Assembly (NCBI GenBank): GCA_902516285.1
Contig: CABXXT010000004.1
Coordinates: 18,963 to 82,962, forward strand
Direction: 5' to 3'
DNA: 64,000 bases
Source of the DNA: an uncultured SAR86 cluster bacterium
GTDB lineage: Bacteria > Pseudomonadota > Gammaproteobacteria > Magnimaribacterales > D2472
Shown here: positions 19,834 through 29,138 of the stretch, piece after piece
Layout: each line of letters opens with the position of its first letter
How positions within the stretch are numbered: the stretch's first letter is position 1
Notes under the pieces: model-generated
Seen by the model: the letters and a program-made list of their open reading frames with translations, nothing else
Told to the model about the DNA's origin: nothing
The model's database searches: none
Program-made: the position numbers and the translations under genes

Positions 19834-20005
19834 AAACTAGTTTTTATTAATAACAAATACTAGCCGGAACTAGAAATTTACCTCTGTCAAAAGGCAAACA
19901 CCTCGCTTCCTGTTTTTATGTAAATACTAATAGGACCACCTCCATGTTCAGGGTAGTAATAAAATATTTAGTAATCCCCTTAAAAAATTACCAAATAAGA
20001 CGCCA
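19805..20005 (-). ncRNA. Candidate structured small RNA (~200 nt), family unassigned
   Basis: TATAAT at 20017-20012, own terminator, no ORF of meaningful length, several hairpins including a UCCG tetraloop, repeated GGA/GAGG motifs. Confidence 0.55.
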
Positions 20006-20055
20006 AACTAGATTATATACAGATTAGAATTTAAATAAATATGTATTTAGTACTT

Positions 20056-20271
20056 TTAAAAAGTGAATTCTAATTGTGCTTTAGGTCTTATTGGATTAAT
20101 AGATACATTTGTCGAATACTCACTGTTCTTTAGATAGGAATTTAACAAATCCATATCATTATTAAAGTATTTAAATGCGATCATTTTTTTGCTCGATTTC
20201 TTATCAATAGCATTATCAAGTTCTATTAATACAGGATCATTTAATTTATTTAAGTATGTAATATTATTCAT
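20056..20271 (-). CDS. Hypothetical protein, 71 aa
   Basis: MNNITYLNKLNDPVLIELD...; TATAAT 6 nt before the ATG. Confidence 0.6.
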   Translation of the reverse strand: MNNITYLNKLNDPVLIELDNAIDKKSSKKMIAFKYFNNDMDLLNSYLKNSEYSTNVSINPIRPKAQLEFTF

Positions 20272-20309
20272 TGCTTTATTATACTGTATAAATATACAGT
20301 AGTAAAGAA

Positions 20310-20912
20310 TCAATCATCTGGATTTATTATAAGGCGAGTATCAATTAATGTTGTAAAAATTACCCATAAAGCGCCGATAACAATAATGGCTCCAAGAATA
20401 TCACCTATCATAAATCTAAGGACTGTTAAAACATCAATAGAAATTGATGAATTTACAATAGCAATCAATGAATTAGCTAAAATCCCGTTAAGCATTGCTG
20501 ATATCAATACAACTAATATTAATGATTTATAGTTTTTAAAACTTAATGTTTTAACTACTGAAAAATTCTCAGGGTTTTTTCTAACCCATCTTATAATTTC
20601 AACTGCAATTATTACTGATGATAGAGATCCAAAGGCAGCCAAACTCCATCCATCGACGTAATCAATATGATGAATTAACTGTGGTCCAGAAATTTCCGCA
20701 AGATATAGACCTGGTAATGAGTAATATCTAAAATAACAAAACATTAAAACCCTTGCACCATGTGGCAAATAAACCAAGCTCCCTATCCATTCATCAAGGG
20801 GGTTCATTTTTGCAAGGTCAACCACTTGGAAGAAATACCAAATTGCATACAAAAACATTGAAAATATATAAACAGTTAAGGTAACTTTAATAAAATGAAC
20901 TATTGAATTCAT
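20310..20912 (-). CDS. Stand-alone MASE1-like membrane sensor protein
   Basis: About 5 TM helices, VYLPHGARVL and RFMIGDILGA motifs resembling MASE1. Confidence 0.6.
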   Translation of the reverse strand: MNSIVHFIKVTLTVYIFSMFLYAIWYFFQVVDLAKMNPLDEWIGSLVYLPHGARVLMFCYFRYYSLPGLYLAEISGPQLIHHIDYVDGWSLAAFGSLSSVIIAVEIIRWVRKNPENFSVVKTLSFKNYKSLILVVLISAMLNGILANSLIAIVNSSISIDVLTVLRFMIGDILGAIIVIGALWVIFTTLIDTRLIINPDD

Positions 20913-20930
20913 TGATTTCAGGATTGAAGA

Positions 20931-21221
20931 TTATGATTCAAGTTGAAGAATAAATTCTCTTCTGTCCTCATCCGACTGCTGAAGTGATAGAAGGTTTTCT
21001 GATTCAAACTTTTTGATTGTTTTATAAACTGTTGACCTTGAAAAACCTGAGCTATTGATTACATCAGATATATTACATGAGCCCATGCTAGATGTTTTCC
21101 ATGCAATTGTGTAATAAATCTTTTTTTCAGTTTCATTATATCTAACTAAATTTAAATCTTTTTCAATGCTCCAAAGCATTTCAAGGATATTAATTAAATC
21201 TTTTGTGTATTTTGAAGACAT
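20931..21221 (-). CDS. MarR-like winged-helix transcriptional regulator
   Basis: SRSTVYKTIKKF...SDEDRRE wing motif; start at ATG 21221 because the longer ORF overlaps tRNA-Ser. Confidence 0.75.
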   Translation of the reverse strand: MSSKYTKDLINILEMLWSIEKDLNLVRYNETEKKIYYTIAWKTSSMGSCNISDVINSSGFSRSTVYKTIKKFESENLLSLQQSDEDRREFILQLES

Positions 21222-21272
21222 ATTTTGATAATACATATTATATACAAATGAAACAAGTATAATTATGCATCT

Positions 21273-21357
21273 GGAAGGTTGGCAGAGCGGTAATGCAGCA
21301 CCTTGGAAAGGTGTCGTCGGCAACGGCGCGGGGGTTCGATTCCCTCACCTTCCGCCA
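21273..21357 (+). tRNA. tRNA-Ser(GGA)
   Basis: GGAAGGT/ACCTTCC acceptor stem, GCACC-TT GGA AA-GGTGT anticodon arm, long variable arm, GCCA end. Confidence 0.95.
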
Positions 21358-21366
21358 TAAATATAA

Positions 21367-21396
21367 ATAACCCATCCACATTCATGAATGGGTTAT
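21367..21396. terminator. Probable bidirectional terminator
   Basis: ATAACCCAT...ATGGGTTAT inverted repeat between the convergent tRNA-Ser and CDS. Confidence 0.6.
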
Positions 21397-21401
21397 AACT
21401 T

Positions 21402-21842
21402 TTACATATTAAATTTAACTCTATTAATTATTTGGCTATCTATCATTGATCTGATTTCTTCATAACCTTTTGAGATTACATCAAGCTCTTCGTCATCATC
21501 ACCAAATCTTTTTTCAAACTCTGCATTTACAGCATCATATCGTTCTTTATTGGGTTGCATTGCTGCCATATTTTCATATGTAATTGTAAGCCATACATTT
21601 GGACTATTTGCACTTTCTGAAGTCCAAACACCATAATCAACAATGTATCCAAGTTCTTTTTGAATCTCCATTCCTCTTACCCATGTTCTCTTTAAATTAA
21701 CTAAATAATTATCTAAGTAATTTGGTTGAACAGAAATAACTGTTAGCTGAACCTGTTCTTCACTGGGTTCATAATCTTCCCAGACTTCAGCAGAAATATT
21801 TAAAAACGAAAAGATCAATACAAAAGACATAAATTTATTCAT
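21402..21842 (-). CDS. Exported hypothetical protein (NIPSNAP/dimeric alpha-beta barrel-like)
   Basis: AGGAG SD, signal peptide MNKFMSFVLIFSFLNISA, acidic mature domain; fold is inferred. Confidence 0.65.
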   Translation of the reverse strand: MNKFMSFVLIFSFLNISAEVWEDYEPSEEQVQLTVISVQPNYLDNYLVNLKRTWVRGMEIQKELGYIVDYGVWTSESANSPNVWLTITYENMAAMQPNKERYDAVNAEFEKRFGDDDEELDVISKGYEEIRSMIDSQIINRVKFNM

Positions 21843-21870
21843 AAATTCTCCTATTAAATTTAAAGACTTA

Positions 21871-22593
21871 TTATTGATTAAAAACTCTAAAATTACCAAA
21901 CAATTTTTTTTTAGAATTTCCTCGCACAGGATTGATATCAATGCCACCTCGTCTTTGAAATCTACCACAGATCTCTAGATTCTTAGGTTTATATTGTTCA
22001 TATAGCTTTGAATAAATTGACTCAATACATTGTTCATGAAAATCACCTTGTTCTTTAAATGACATTAAGTATTTTTTTAACCACGCCGTATTTAAAGATT
22101 CATCACATAAAATAAAAATACATGCAAAGTCTGGTTGAGAAGTTACAGGACAGATTGATCGAAATCCAGAGAATTTATACAACTTTCTTTTTTTAGTAGA
22201 CACTAGTTTATATTTATTTAAATCTACTGAAGATGGTTCTTTTGCAAACTTTTTAATAAACTTTATTTTCACTGGGTGTTCTATGAATGCATCAAATTTT
22301 TGTTTAATAGATTTGATAATCAAAGCTTCAGATTTAAAAGATTTTTTATAATACTCATTTAAGAATAATTTCATAGATTTTGATTCAATTGAATACTTCG
22401 AGGAAGATGGTATTTCTATTTCTAAAACTTTTAAAACTGGTAATTTATTTTGATCTAGGTACATAAAATCATAAACATTCCAAAAATCAGATCCATAAGG
22501 GATATTACTTTCATTCCTAATGATTTTGTCTAAGATTCGTGTACCAGTTTTTTTTCTTTTAGATTCTTTTTTACCTAGATGTTTTAAACTCAC
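21871..22593 (-). CDS. queF: NADPH-dependent 7-cyano-7-deazaguanine reductase QueF (bimodular type)
   Basis: IESKSMKLFLN, RSICPVTSQPD, FHEQCIE, RRGGIDINPVR; GTG start overlaps the yadH TGA. Confidence 0.85.
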   Translation of the reverse strand: MSLKHLGKKESKRKKTGTRILDKIIRNESNIPYGSDFWNVYDFMYLDQNKLPVLKVLEIEIPSSSKYSIESKSMKLFLNEYYKKSFKSEALIIKSIKQKFDAFIEHPVKIKFIKKFAKEPSSVDLNKYKLVSTKKRKLYKFSGFRSICPVTSQPDFACIFILCDESLNTAWLKKYLMSFKEQGDFHEQCIESIYSKLYEQYKPKNLEICGRFQRRGGIDINPVRGNSKKKLFGNFRVFNQ

Positions 22594-23375
22594 GTTCTTA
22601 TTCCTATTCCTTTTTTTAGCAAATAAAGGCACAGAAAAGAAAAAATAATAATAAATATACTAATCATTGTTAATGAGAATGAAATTGACACATCGCTCAC
22701 CCCTAACATACCTTCCCTAAAAGTGTTAACAACATATAACATAGGATTTGCCATTGATATTGATCTCCAAAAATCAGGCAATATATTTATTGAATAAAAA
22801 ACACCGCCTAGATAAATTAAAGGTGTAAGCACAAAAGTTGGAACTACTGAAATTGCATCAAAGCTGTCTGCAAAGATAGCATTTAAAAAACCCATTAATG
22901 AAAATAATATGGCTGTTAATAAGAGTACTAATAAAGTTAAAGGAACATTTTGAATTTGAAATTCAGGATAAAAAAATAAACTTACAAAAAAAACAATCAT
23001 TCCAACCAAAACACCTCTGGCAACTCCACCTAAAATAAAACCTAATAAAATGGTCCAATTTGGCATTGGTGAAATTAGGAGTTCTTCAATAGACTTTTGG
23101 AATTTTACTGAATAAAAGGATGAAACAACATTTGCATAAGAGTTTGTTATAACTGACATCATTATCAAACCAGGAATCATAAATTGTACATAGTTAAAGC
23201 CATCCATTTCTCCAATCCTTGGACCTATAAGTGATCCAAAAATGACAAAATATAAAGACATTGTTATCGCAGGAGGAACTAATGTTTGTATCCAAATTCT
23301 AAGGAATCTTCTAATTTCTTTTGAAGTAAGAGTCCATAAAGTAACTGATATATTAAATTGTTGTTTCTGATTCAT
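22590..23375 (-). CDS. yadH: ABC-2 transporter permease, YadH-like
   Basis: RFLRIWIQTLVPPAITMSLYF, PGLIMMSVITNSY, TPLIYLGGVFYS. Confidence 0.9.
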   Translation of the reverse strand: MNQKQQFNISVTLWTLTSKEIRRFLRIWIQTLVPPAITMSLYFVIFGSLIGPRIGEMDGFNYVQFMIPGLIMMSVITNSYANVVSSFYSVKFQKSIEELLISPMPNWTILLGFILGGVARGVLVGMIVFFVSLFFYPEFQIQNVPLTLLVLLLTAILFSLMGFLNAIFADSFDAISVVPTFVLTPLIYLGGVFYSINILPDFWRSISMANPMLYVVNTFREGMLGVSDVSISFSLTMISIFIIIFSFLCLYLLKKGIGIRT

Positions 23376-24287
23376 TTATCTTTTTACCATCTCTATAAAT
23401 AATTCTTCAAGTCTGTTTGACTCGTTTCTTAATGATTTTACTTTTATTCCTAACTTATTAAGTTCGTCAAATAAATTATTTATTGATTTATCTTTATTAA
23501 TAGCTGTTACCAAAGTTAAAGAATCTTCAAGCTTTAAAGAGTATCCATCAATCTTTGGTTCTGCTTCTAAATGTTCTTCTAAATCCAAAACAAAACCTTG
23601 AACATCTAACCTGCTTAATAAATCTTTCATACTTGTATCTGCAACTATCTCTCCTTTATCAATAATTCCAATATTTCTACACAATTGCTCAGCTTCTTCA
23701 AGATAATGAGTAGTTAAAATAATTGTAGTTCCATTGTTATTAATTTCTCTCAAAAAATCCCACATTTCTCTTCTGAGTTCAATATCAACTCCTGCAGTTG
23801 GCTCATCTAAAATTAATAGCTTAGGTTCATGTATTAATGCTTTAGCTATCATTAATCTTCTTTTATATCCCCCTGAGAGAGTTCTTGCTTGATCATTTCT
23901 CTTATCCCAAAGCCCTAATCTACTTAAGATATCTTTAACTTTTGGTTTTGCAATTGATTTCTTTATTCCATAAAATCCTGCTTGTGTAGTAACAATATCT
24001 AGTACTTTTTCAAATTGCGAAAAATTAATTTCTTGAGACACCACACCAAGCATAGATTTTGCTTCAGCAATATTAATATCAATATCCTTATCAAATATTT
24101 TTACAGAACCGGATGTTTTTGTTACCAAGGTTCCAATAATACCAATAGTTGATGATTTGCCTGCGCCATTTGGCCCGAGTAATGCGTAAAAATCTCCTTC
24201 TTTAACATTTAAAGAAATACCATTTAGAGCTTTTGTTCCACCTGTATAAACTTTTACAAGATCTTTAATTTCTAAAGCGTTATTCAT
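23376..24287 (-). CDS. yadG: ABC transporter ATP-binding protein, YadG-like
   Basis: GPNGAGKS, LSGGYKRR, LDEPTAGVDIELRR, NRLEELF. Confidence 0.9.
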   Translation of the reverse strand: MNNALEIKDLVKVYTGGTKALNGISLNVKEGDFYALLGPNGAGKSSTIGIIGTLVTKTSGSVKIFDKDIDINIAEAKSMLGVVSQEINFSQFEKVLDIVTTQAGFYGIKKSIAKPKVKDILSRLGLWDKRNDQARTLSGGYKRRLMIAKALIHEPKLLILDEPTAGVDIELRREMWDFLREINNNGTTIILTTHYLEEAEQLCRNIGIIDKGEIVADTSMKDLLSRLDVQGFVLDLEEHLEAEPKIDGYSLKLEDSLTLVTAINKDKSINNLFDELNKLGIKVKSLRNESNRLEELFIEMVKR

Positions 24288-24299
24288 AGGTTTTAATGG

Positions 24300-25475
24300 T
24301 TATTTCGAAAGTTCAGCCATACCATCCTCAAGACCTTTTAATGTAAGAGGATACATTCTATTTTCAAATAACTCTTTTAATATACATATTGAAGAAGTGT
24401 AATCCCAATGATCGTCTGGGACTGGATTTAGCCATGCCATATTTATAAAGTGTTCTGATAATCTTTTAATCCAAACATGACCAGCTTCTTCATTCCAGTG
24501 TTCTATGCTTCCTCCAGCATTTGTAATTTCATATGGAGCCATAGTTGCATCGCCAACAACAATAATCTTGTAATCTGAAGAATACTTATTAATTATGTCT
24601 TGAACTAAAAATCTTTCTTGAGTTCTTCTTCTGTTATCTTTCCAGACAGACTCATAAATACAATTATGAAAATAAAAATACTCTAAATTTTTGAATTCAG
24701 TCTTTATAGCTGAGAAAAGCTCCTCACATAATTTTATATATGGGTCCATTGAACCACCAACATCAAACAATATAATTACTTTTACTGAATTAAGTCTTTC
24801 TGGAACCATTTTTATGTCTAAATAACCAGCATTTTTTGCAGTCGACTTAATAGTATCATCCATATCAAGTTCTAAATCATTACCTTGTCTTGCAAACTTT
24901 CTTAATCTTCTTAAGGCCATCTTGATATCTCTTGTCCCAATAATGACTGAATCGTCAAGATTTGAATATTGTCTTTTCTCCCAAACCTTAACAGCCTTAT
25001 TTTGGCCTCCAGGTCCTCCAATTCTTATTCCCTCAGGATTCTGGCCTCCGTGACCGAAAGGTGATGTCCCGTTAGTTCCAACCCATTTATTTCCACCTTC
25101 GTGTCTTTCTTTTTGTTCATCTAGTCTTTTCTTAAACTCATCCAAAAGTTTCTCAAGACCACCCATAGATTTAATTTTTTTTAATTCTTCTGGGTCAAGT
25201 TCTTTTTCAAATGCTTTTCTTAACCAATCCTCAGGTATCAGAGCTTGAAATATATCTTCAAGTTTTTCAATTCCTTTAAAATAGATATCAAATGCTTTAT
25301 CAAACTTATCATAATGTTTTTCATCTTTAACAAGAATGGCTCTTGATAGGTAATAAAAATCATCTATATCAGCATAAACTAGTTGATTTTCAAGAGCACC
25401 TAATAAATCAAGTAGCTCTCTTAGCGTGCATGGAACACCAGAAGATCTAATAGTTTGAAATAAATTGATTAGCAT
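24300..25475 (-). CDS. VWA domain protein (CoxE-like)
   Basis: DVGGSM MIDAS-like motif, YFHNC, VGDATMAPYE, WLNP; paired with a MoxR ATPase. Confidence 0.85.
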   Translation of the reverse strand: MLINLFQTIRSSGVPCTLRELLDLLGALENQLVYADIDDFYYLSRAILVKDEKHYDKFDKAFDIYFKGIEKLEDIFQALIPEDWLRKAFEKELDPEELKKIKSMGGLEKLLDEFKKRLDEQKERHEGGNKWVGTNGTSPFGHGGQNPEGIRIGGPGGQNKAVKVWEKRQYSNLDDSVIIGTRDIKMALRRLRKFARQGNDLELDMDDTIKSTAKNAGYLDIKMVPERLNSVKVIILFDVGGSMDPYIKLCEELFSAIKTEFKNLEYFYFHNCIYESVWKDNRRRTQERFLVQDIINKYSSDYKIIVVGDATMAPYEITNAGGSIEHWNEEAGHVWIKRLSEHFINMAWLNPVPDDHWDYTSSICILKELFENRMYPLTLKGLEDGMAELSK

Positions 25476-26327
25476 TTACTTTGAGTTTGATTCTCTTCTT
25501 GACATGAAGGCTAGCCGCTCCAAAAGTTGAACGTCTTGTTCATTTTTTAATAGCGCGCCGTAAAGTGGTGGAATTGCTTTAGATGAGTCAGCATTTTTAA
25601 GAATTTCTTCAGGCATATCATCTGATAATAATAACTTTAGCCAATCGATAAGCTCAGAGGTAGATGGCTTCTTTTTCAAACCTGGTATCTTTCTTAGATC
25701 GAAAAATATCTCTAATGCTTCACTGACAAGTTTCTTTTTTATCTTTGGATAATGAACATTTACAATTTTATTCATAGTATCCCTATCAGGAAATTGTATG
25801 TAATGAAAAAAACATCTTCTTAAAAAAGCATCTGGTAGCTCTTTCTCATTATTTGAAGTCATAATAATTAGTGGTCTGTGTTTAGCCTTTATAGTCTCGC
25901 CAGTCTCGTAACAAAAAAATTCCATTCTATCTAGCTCTTGAAGTAAATCATTTGGAAATTCAATATCAGCCTTATCTATTTCATCAATTAATAAAACAAC
26001 TTGTTTATCTGATGTAAATGCCTCCCAAAGCTTTCCCTTTTTAATGTAGTTAGAAATATCTTTTACCCGTTCATCACCAAGTTGAGAATCTCTTAGTCTT
26101 GTAACTGCATCATATTCGTAAAGCCCTTGAGATGCTTTTGTTGTTGATTTTATATGCCATTCTATTAAATCCATCTTTAAAGCATCAGCCACTTCAATAG
26201 CAAGTAATGTCTTCCCAGTTCCAGGCTCTCCTTTTACCAACAGTGGTCGCTCTAACGATTTAGCAGCATTGACAGCCATGCTTAAATCCTCAGTAGAGAT
26301 ATAGTTTTTTGTTCCTTTAAACTGCAT
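25476..26327 (-). CDS. MoxR-family AAA+ ATPase (CoxD-like)
   Basis: GEPGTGKT, LLIDEIDKAD, SNNEKELPDAFLRRC. Confidence 0.92.
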   Translation of the reverse strand: MQFKGTKNYISTEDLSMAVNAAKSLERPLLVKGEPGTGKTLLAIEVADALKMDLIEWHIKSTTKASQGLYEYDAVTRLRDSQLGDERVKDISNYIKKGKLWEAFTSDKQVVLLIDEIDKADIEFPNDLLQELDRMEFFCYETGETIKAKHRPLIIMTSNNEKELPDAFLRRCFFHYIQFPDRDTMNKIVNVHYPKIKKKLVSEALEIFFDLRKIPGLKKKPSTSELIDWLKLLLSDDMPEEILKNADSSKAIPPLYGALLKNEQDVQLLERLAFMSRRESNSK

Positions 26328-26340
26328 AGTTAATCCTTTA

Positions 26341-27195
26341 TTAATTATTTTTTAGTATTTTTTCATCTGATTTTAGTATTCTAGTGAGTTGTCGGCTCGA
26401 AGCAACTAAATTTCCATCTAAATCCCATATATTACAATCTTGCTCAAAATAACCATTATTGATTTCTGTTGCTTTAAAGTCTGTATAAAGGGTTTCTGTT
26501 GTTGGTAACTGTCTTATATGAGTCGTAAGAGTTATTGTTGGTATCCACCCCAGTGGACCAAATTTATTAGATACAACTGGAGGGAGAATATCTGAATAAA
26601 AAGATAGGCAAAACTGATCTGGAATTCCTCCTGACATTTTTAAATATGCAGAGCATCTTGCTTCAAAATCATCTGGATCAAAGTTATCATCTCTATTCCA
26701 CCATGCATGATCAGGATGAATTCTGCATTCAAGTTGTTTAATAAAAGATGGAGTAAATCCTGGAGATATTTTATCGAAATTTAATTCTTCGTATTCATCT
26801 ATAGATTTATTATGAAAAATTTTAGGTAAAGGTGTTTTAATACCATCGTATCCCTTCATAAATTGAAAATCCGAACAAGTACCCGTGAAGGTTGTGCAAA
26901 TTCTCCCGTTTTGAATAAGTTTAACGATTCCTGATGAGCTTCCTCTACTCACCTTGAAAACTTCTATCTCAAGATCAATTGGTTTTGATTCAATTCTATC
27001 AAGATATTGAACTGATGAGCTGATGGCTGTTGAGTGAGGCAATACTTTTGTTAAAGCTTTTTGCATTATAGCCATCAAATATCCACCATGAGGAGTATTA
27101 CCAACAAAAAAATCTAAATTTGGAATAATAGTAAACTTATTTTCACTTTTTTTATTGAGACTTAATGCATCTTGGAAGTTGGTAAATTGATTCAT
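26341..27195 (-). CDS. Double hot-dog acyl-CoA thioesterase (TesB-like)
   Basis: PHGGYL, DILPP, WIPTITLTTH, IWD..G.LVA.SRQL. Confidence 0.8.
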   Translation of the reverse strand: MNQFTNFQDALSLNKKSENKFTIIPNLDFFVGNTPHGGYLMAIMQKALTKVLPHSTAISSSVQYLDRIESKPIDLEIEVFKVSRGSSSGIVKLIQNGRICTTFTGTCSDFQFMKGYDGIKTPLPKIFHNKSIDEYEELNFDKISPGFTPSFIKQLECRIHPDHAWWNRDDNFDPDDFEARCSAYLKMSGGIPDQFCLSFYSDILPPVVSNKFGPLGWIPTITLTTHIRQLPTTETLYTDFKATEINNGYFEQDCNIWDLDGNLVASSRQLTRILKSDEKILKNN

Positions 27196-27247
27196 GATTG
27201 GCTAATTTTAGTTCATAATTTATATTTATAAAAATAAACATTTCAAT

Positions 27248-28033
27248 ATGAATAAACTTTTTGATATTGCTTGTAATTTCACTAGTAAAAGATTTGATAA
27301 TGACCTTACTGAAATTATAGAAATGGCCATTCAAAATGATGTAAATAAATTTGCCTTAATTTGCAGTCAAATTAGTGACTTTGAAAAGTTAATTAGCATA
27401 TATGAAAAATATAAAGACTGCATGGTGTTCACACTTGGTATCCATCCTCATAATGCAGGAGAATTAAATAAAAAAAATTTAAAGATATTAAGAAAAATCG
27501 TTAATGAATATCCTCCACATGCAATAGGTGAAACAGGATTAGACTTTTATAGAAATTTATCATCTTACGAAGAACAGATTTATGCATTTGAAGAGCAATT
27601 AAAAATAGCAATAGAAATTAATAAACCCCTTTTCTTGCATCAAAGAGATTCTCATAATGACTTTATAAAAATCTTAAGGAAATACTCTTCAAATACACAA
27701 AAAAAAGTTGTTCATTGTTTCACAGGTACACAAGATCAGTTGGATGATTATTTGGAGTTAGATTGTTATATAGGAGTAACAGGATGGATATGCGATGAAA
27801 AAAGAAATGAAGAGTTGCGTGAAACAATTAAAAATATTCCACTGTCAAAGCTTATGGTTGAGACAGACTGTCCTTATTTAATTCCAAAAGATCTACCGAA
27901 TAAACCTAAAGATAACAGAAATGAGCCTCTTTATATAAATCATATTGTGAGAGAAATTGCTAAACTCATCGAAGTTGATGAGAATACTCTTAGAAAACAA
28001 ACTTATGAAAATAGTTTGGAATTTTTTAGATAA
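27248..28033 (+). CDS. tatD: TatD family nuclease/hydrolase
   Basis: GIHPH, IGETGLDFYR, LHQRD, VHCFTG, ETDCPYL, RNEP. Confidence 0.9.
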   Translation: MNKLFDIACNFTSKRFDNDLTEIIEMAIQNDVNKFALICSQISDFEKLISIYEKYKDCMVFTLGIHPHNAGELNKKNLKILRKIVNEYPPHAIGETGLDFYRNLSSYEEQIYAFEEQLKIAIEINKPLFLHQRDSHNDFIKILRKYSSNTQKKVVHCFTGTQDQLDDYLELDCYIGVTGWICDEKRNEELRETIKNIPLSKLMVETDCPYLIPKDLPNKPKDNRNEPLYINHIVREIAKLIEVDENTLRKQTYENSLEFFR

Positions 28034-29129
28034 AACTCTCTTTTGTTAAATTAAATTCATTACAAATATCATCTAAATCAACTCCAATCTCTTTTGCATT
28101 ATATTTAATTTGTGGCTTAGTCTTTGAGTATCTAGGAGATGGACTTGGTTGATTAAATTCATCAATATTTGTGAAAGCTTCTCTGGCAACATTGTGAGGG
28201 TCGATTTTTGCTTCTTCCATTTGTAAAACAGGTGTAACACATGCATCACTATCTGAAAAAATTTCAACCCACTCTGATCTTGATTTTGATTTAATTTTTA
28301 ACGCAATTATTTTTTTAAGATCTGGCCATAATTTTTTATTGAACTGATCTAAAAAACTTTCATCATCTATTTCTAGTTTGGTTAAAAGCTCTTGGTAAAA
28401 CTGAGGTTCAATTGAGCCGATAGCAATAAATTTTTTGTCAGAACATTCGTAGGTATCATAAAAATGTGCAAATCCATCTAATAAATTTGATTCTCTTTTG
28501 TCTTCCCAGTGTCCCATTTCTTTTAATGAGTAAAAGAAAGACATTAATGAAAGAGATCCATCAACCATAGCTGAGTCAACAACTTGACCCTCTCCTGTTT
28601 TAATAGAATGAATAAGGCCTGAAACTATTCCAAAAGCTAAATGCATTCCACCACCACCATAGTCACCTATTAGATTTAAGGGAGGAATTGGATTTGAATC
28701 CTTTCTGCCAATTGCATTTAAAGCTCCAGATAATCCAATATAGTTAATATCATGACCTGCTAGATGAGACATTGGCCCACTTTGCCCCCAACCAGTCATT
28801 CTGCCATATACAAGCTTAGGATTTCTATCTAGGCAAACACCTGGACCAAGACCAAGCTTTTCCATAACGCCAGGCCTGTAACCCTCAAATATTACATCCA
28901 TTTGATCAATCAACTTTAAAATTTCATTAATTGTATCTTTATTTTTAAGATCAGCCGTCATAGAACGTTTGGATCTATTATGGATATCAAATTTATTGTT
29001 AAGACCTCGAGATTCGTTTTTACTAATTCTTATTACATCAGCTCCCAAATCAGCTAATAACATTCCACAATATGGACCAGGACCAATACCTGAAAATTCT
29101 AATATCTTTATACCGTTTAAAGGACCCAT
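28026..29129 (-). CDS. CaiB/BaiF family III CoA-transferase, alpha-methylacyl-CoA racemase-like
   Basis: GIGPGP, RPGVMEKLGLGP, AGHDINY, NLIGDYGGG. Confidence 0.88.
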   Translation of the reverse strand: MGPLNGIKILEFSGIGPGPYCGMLLADLGADVIRISKNESRGLNNKFDIHNRSKRSMTADLKNKDTINEILKLIDQMDVIFEGYRPGVMEKLGLGPGVCLDRNPKLVYGRMTGWGQSGPMSHLAGHDINYIGLSGALNAIGRKDSNPIPPLNLIGDYGGGGMHLAFGIVSGLIHSIKTGEGQVVDSAMVDGSLSLMSFFYSLKEMGHWEDKRESNLLDGFAHFYDTYECSDKKFIAIGSIEPQFYQELLTKLEIDDESFLDQFNKKLWPDLKKIIALKIKSKSRSEWVEIFSDSDACVTPVLQMEEAKIDPHNVAREAFTNIDEFNQPSPSPRYSKTKPQIKYNAKEIGVDLDDICNEFNLTKESFI

Positions 29130-29138
29130 TTATTTATA

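Noticed and set aside
19794-19856. N-terminal extension of the EamA ORF
   Set aside because: It runs through the terminator hairpin; MELRYW at 19793 is the plausible start.
19917-19946. Mini-ORF MEVVLLVFT inside the candidate sRNA
   Set aside because: Only 9 codons, and the strong SD-like motif lies inside rather than upstream of it; not supportable as a CDS without conservation data.
19805-20005. Identification of the candidate RNA as 6S RNA or a riboswitch
   Set aside because: I could not fold it into the long 6S rod with central bubble or recognise a known aptamer consensus by eye; left unassigned.
21222-21323. N-terminal extension of the MarR ORF
   Set aside because: It is the antisense of tRNA-Ser; the real start is ATG 21221.
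24300-26327. Carbon monoxide dehydrogenase locus
   Set aside because: Only CoxD/CoxE-like MoxR-VWA genes are present, with no coxLMS; such pairs are widespread outside CO oxidation.
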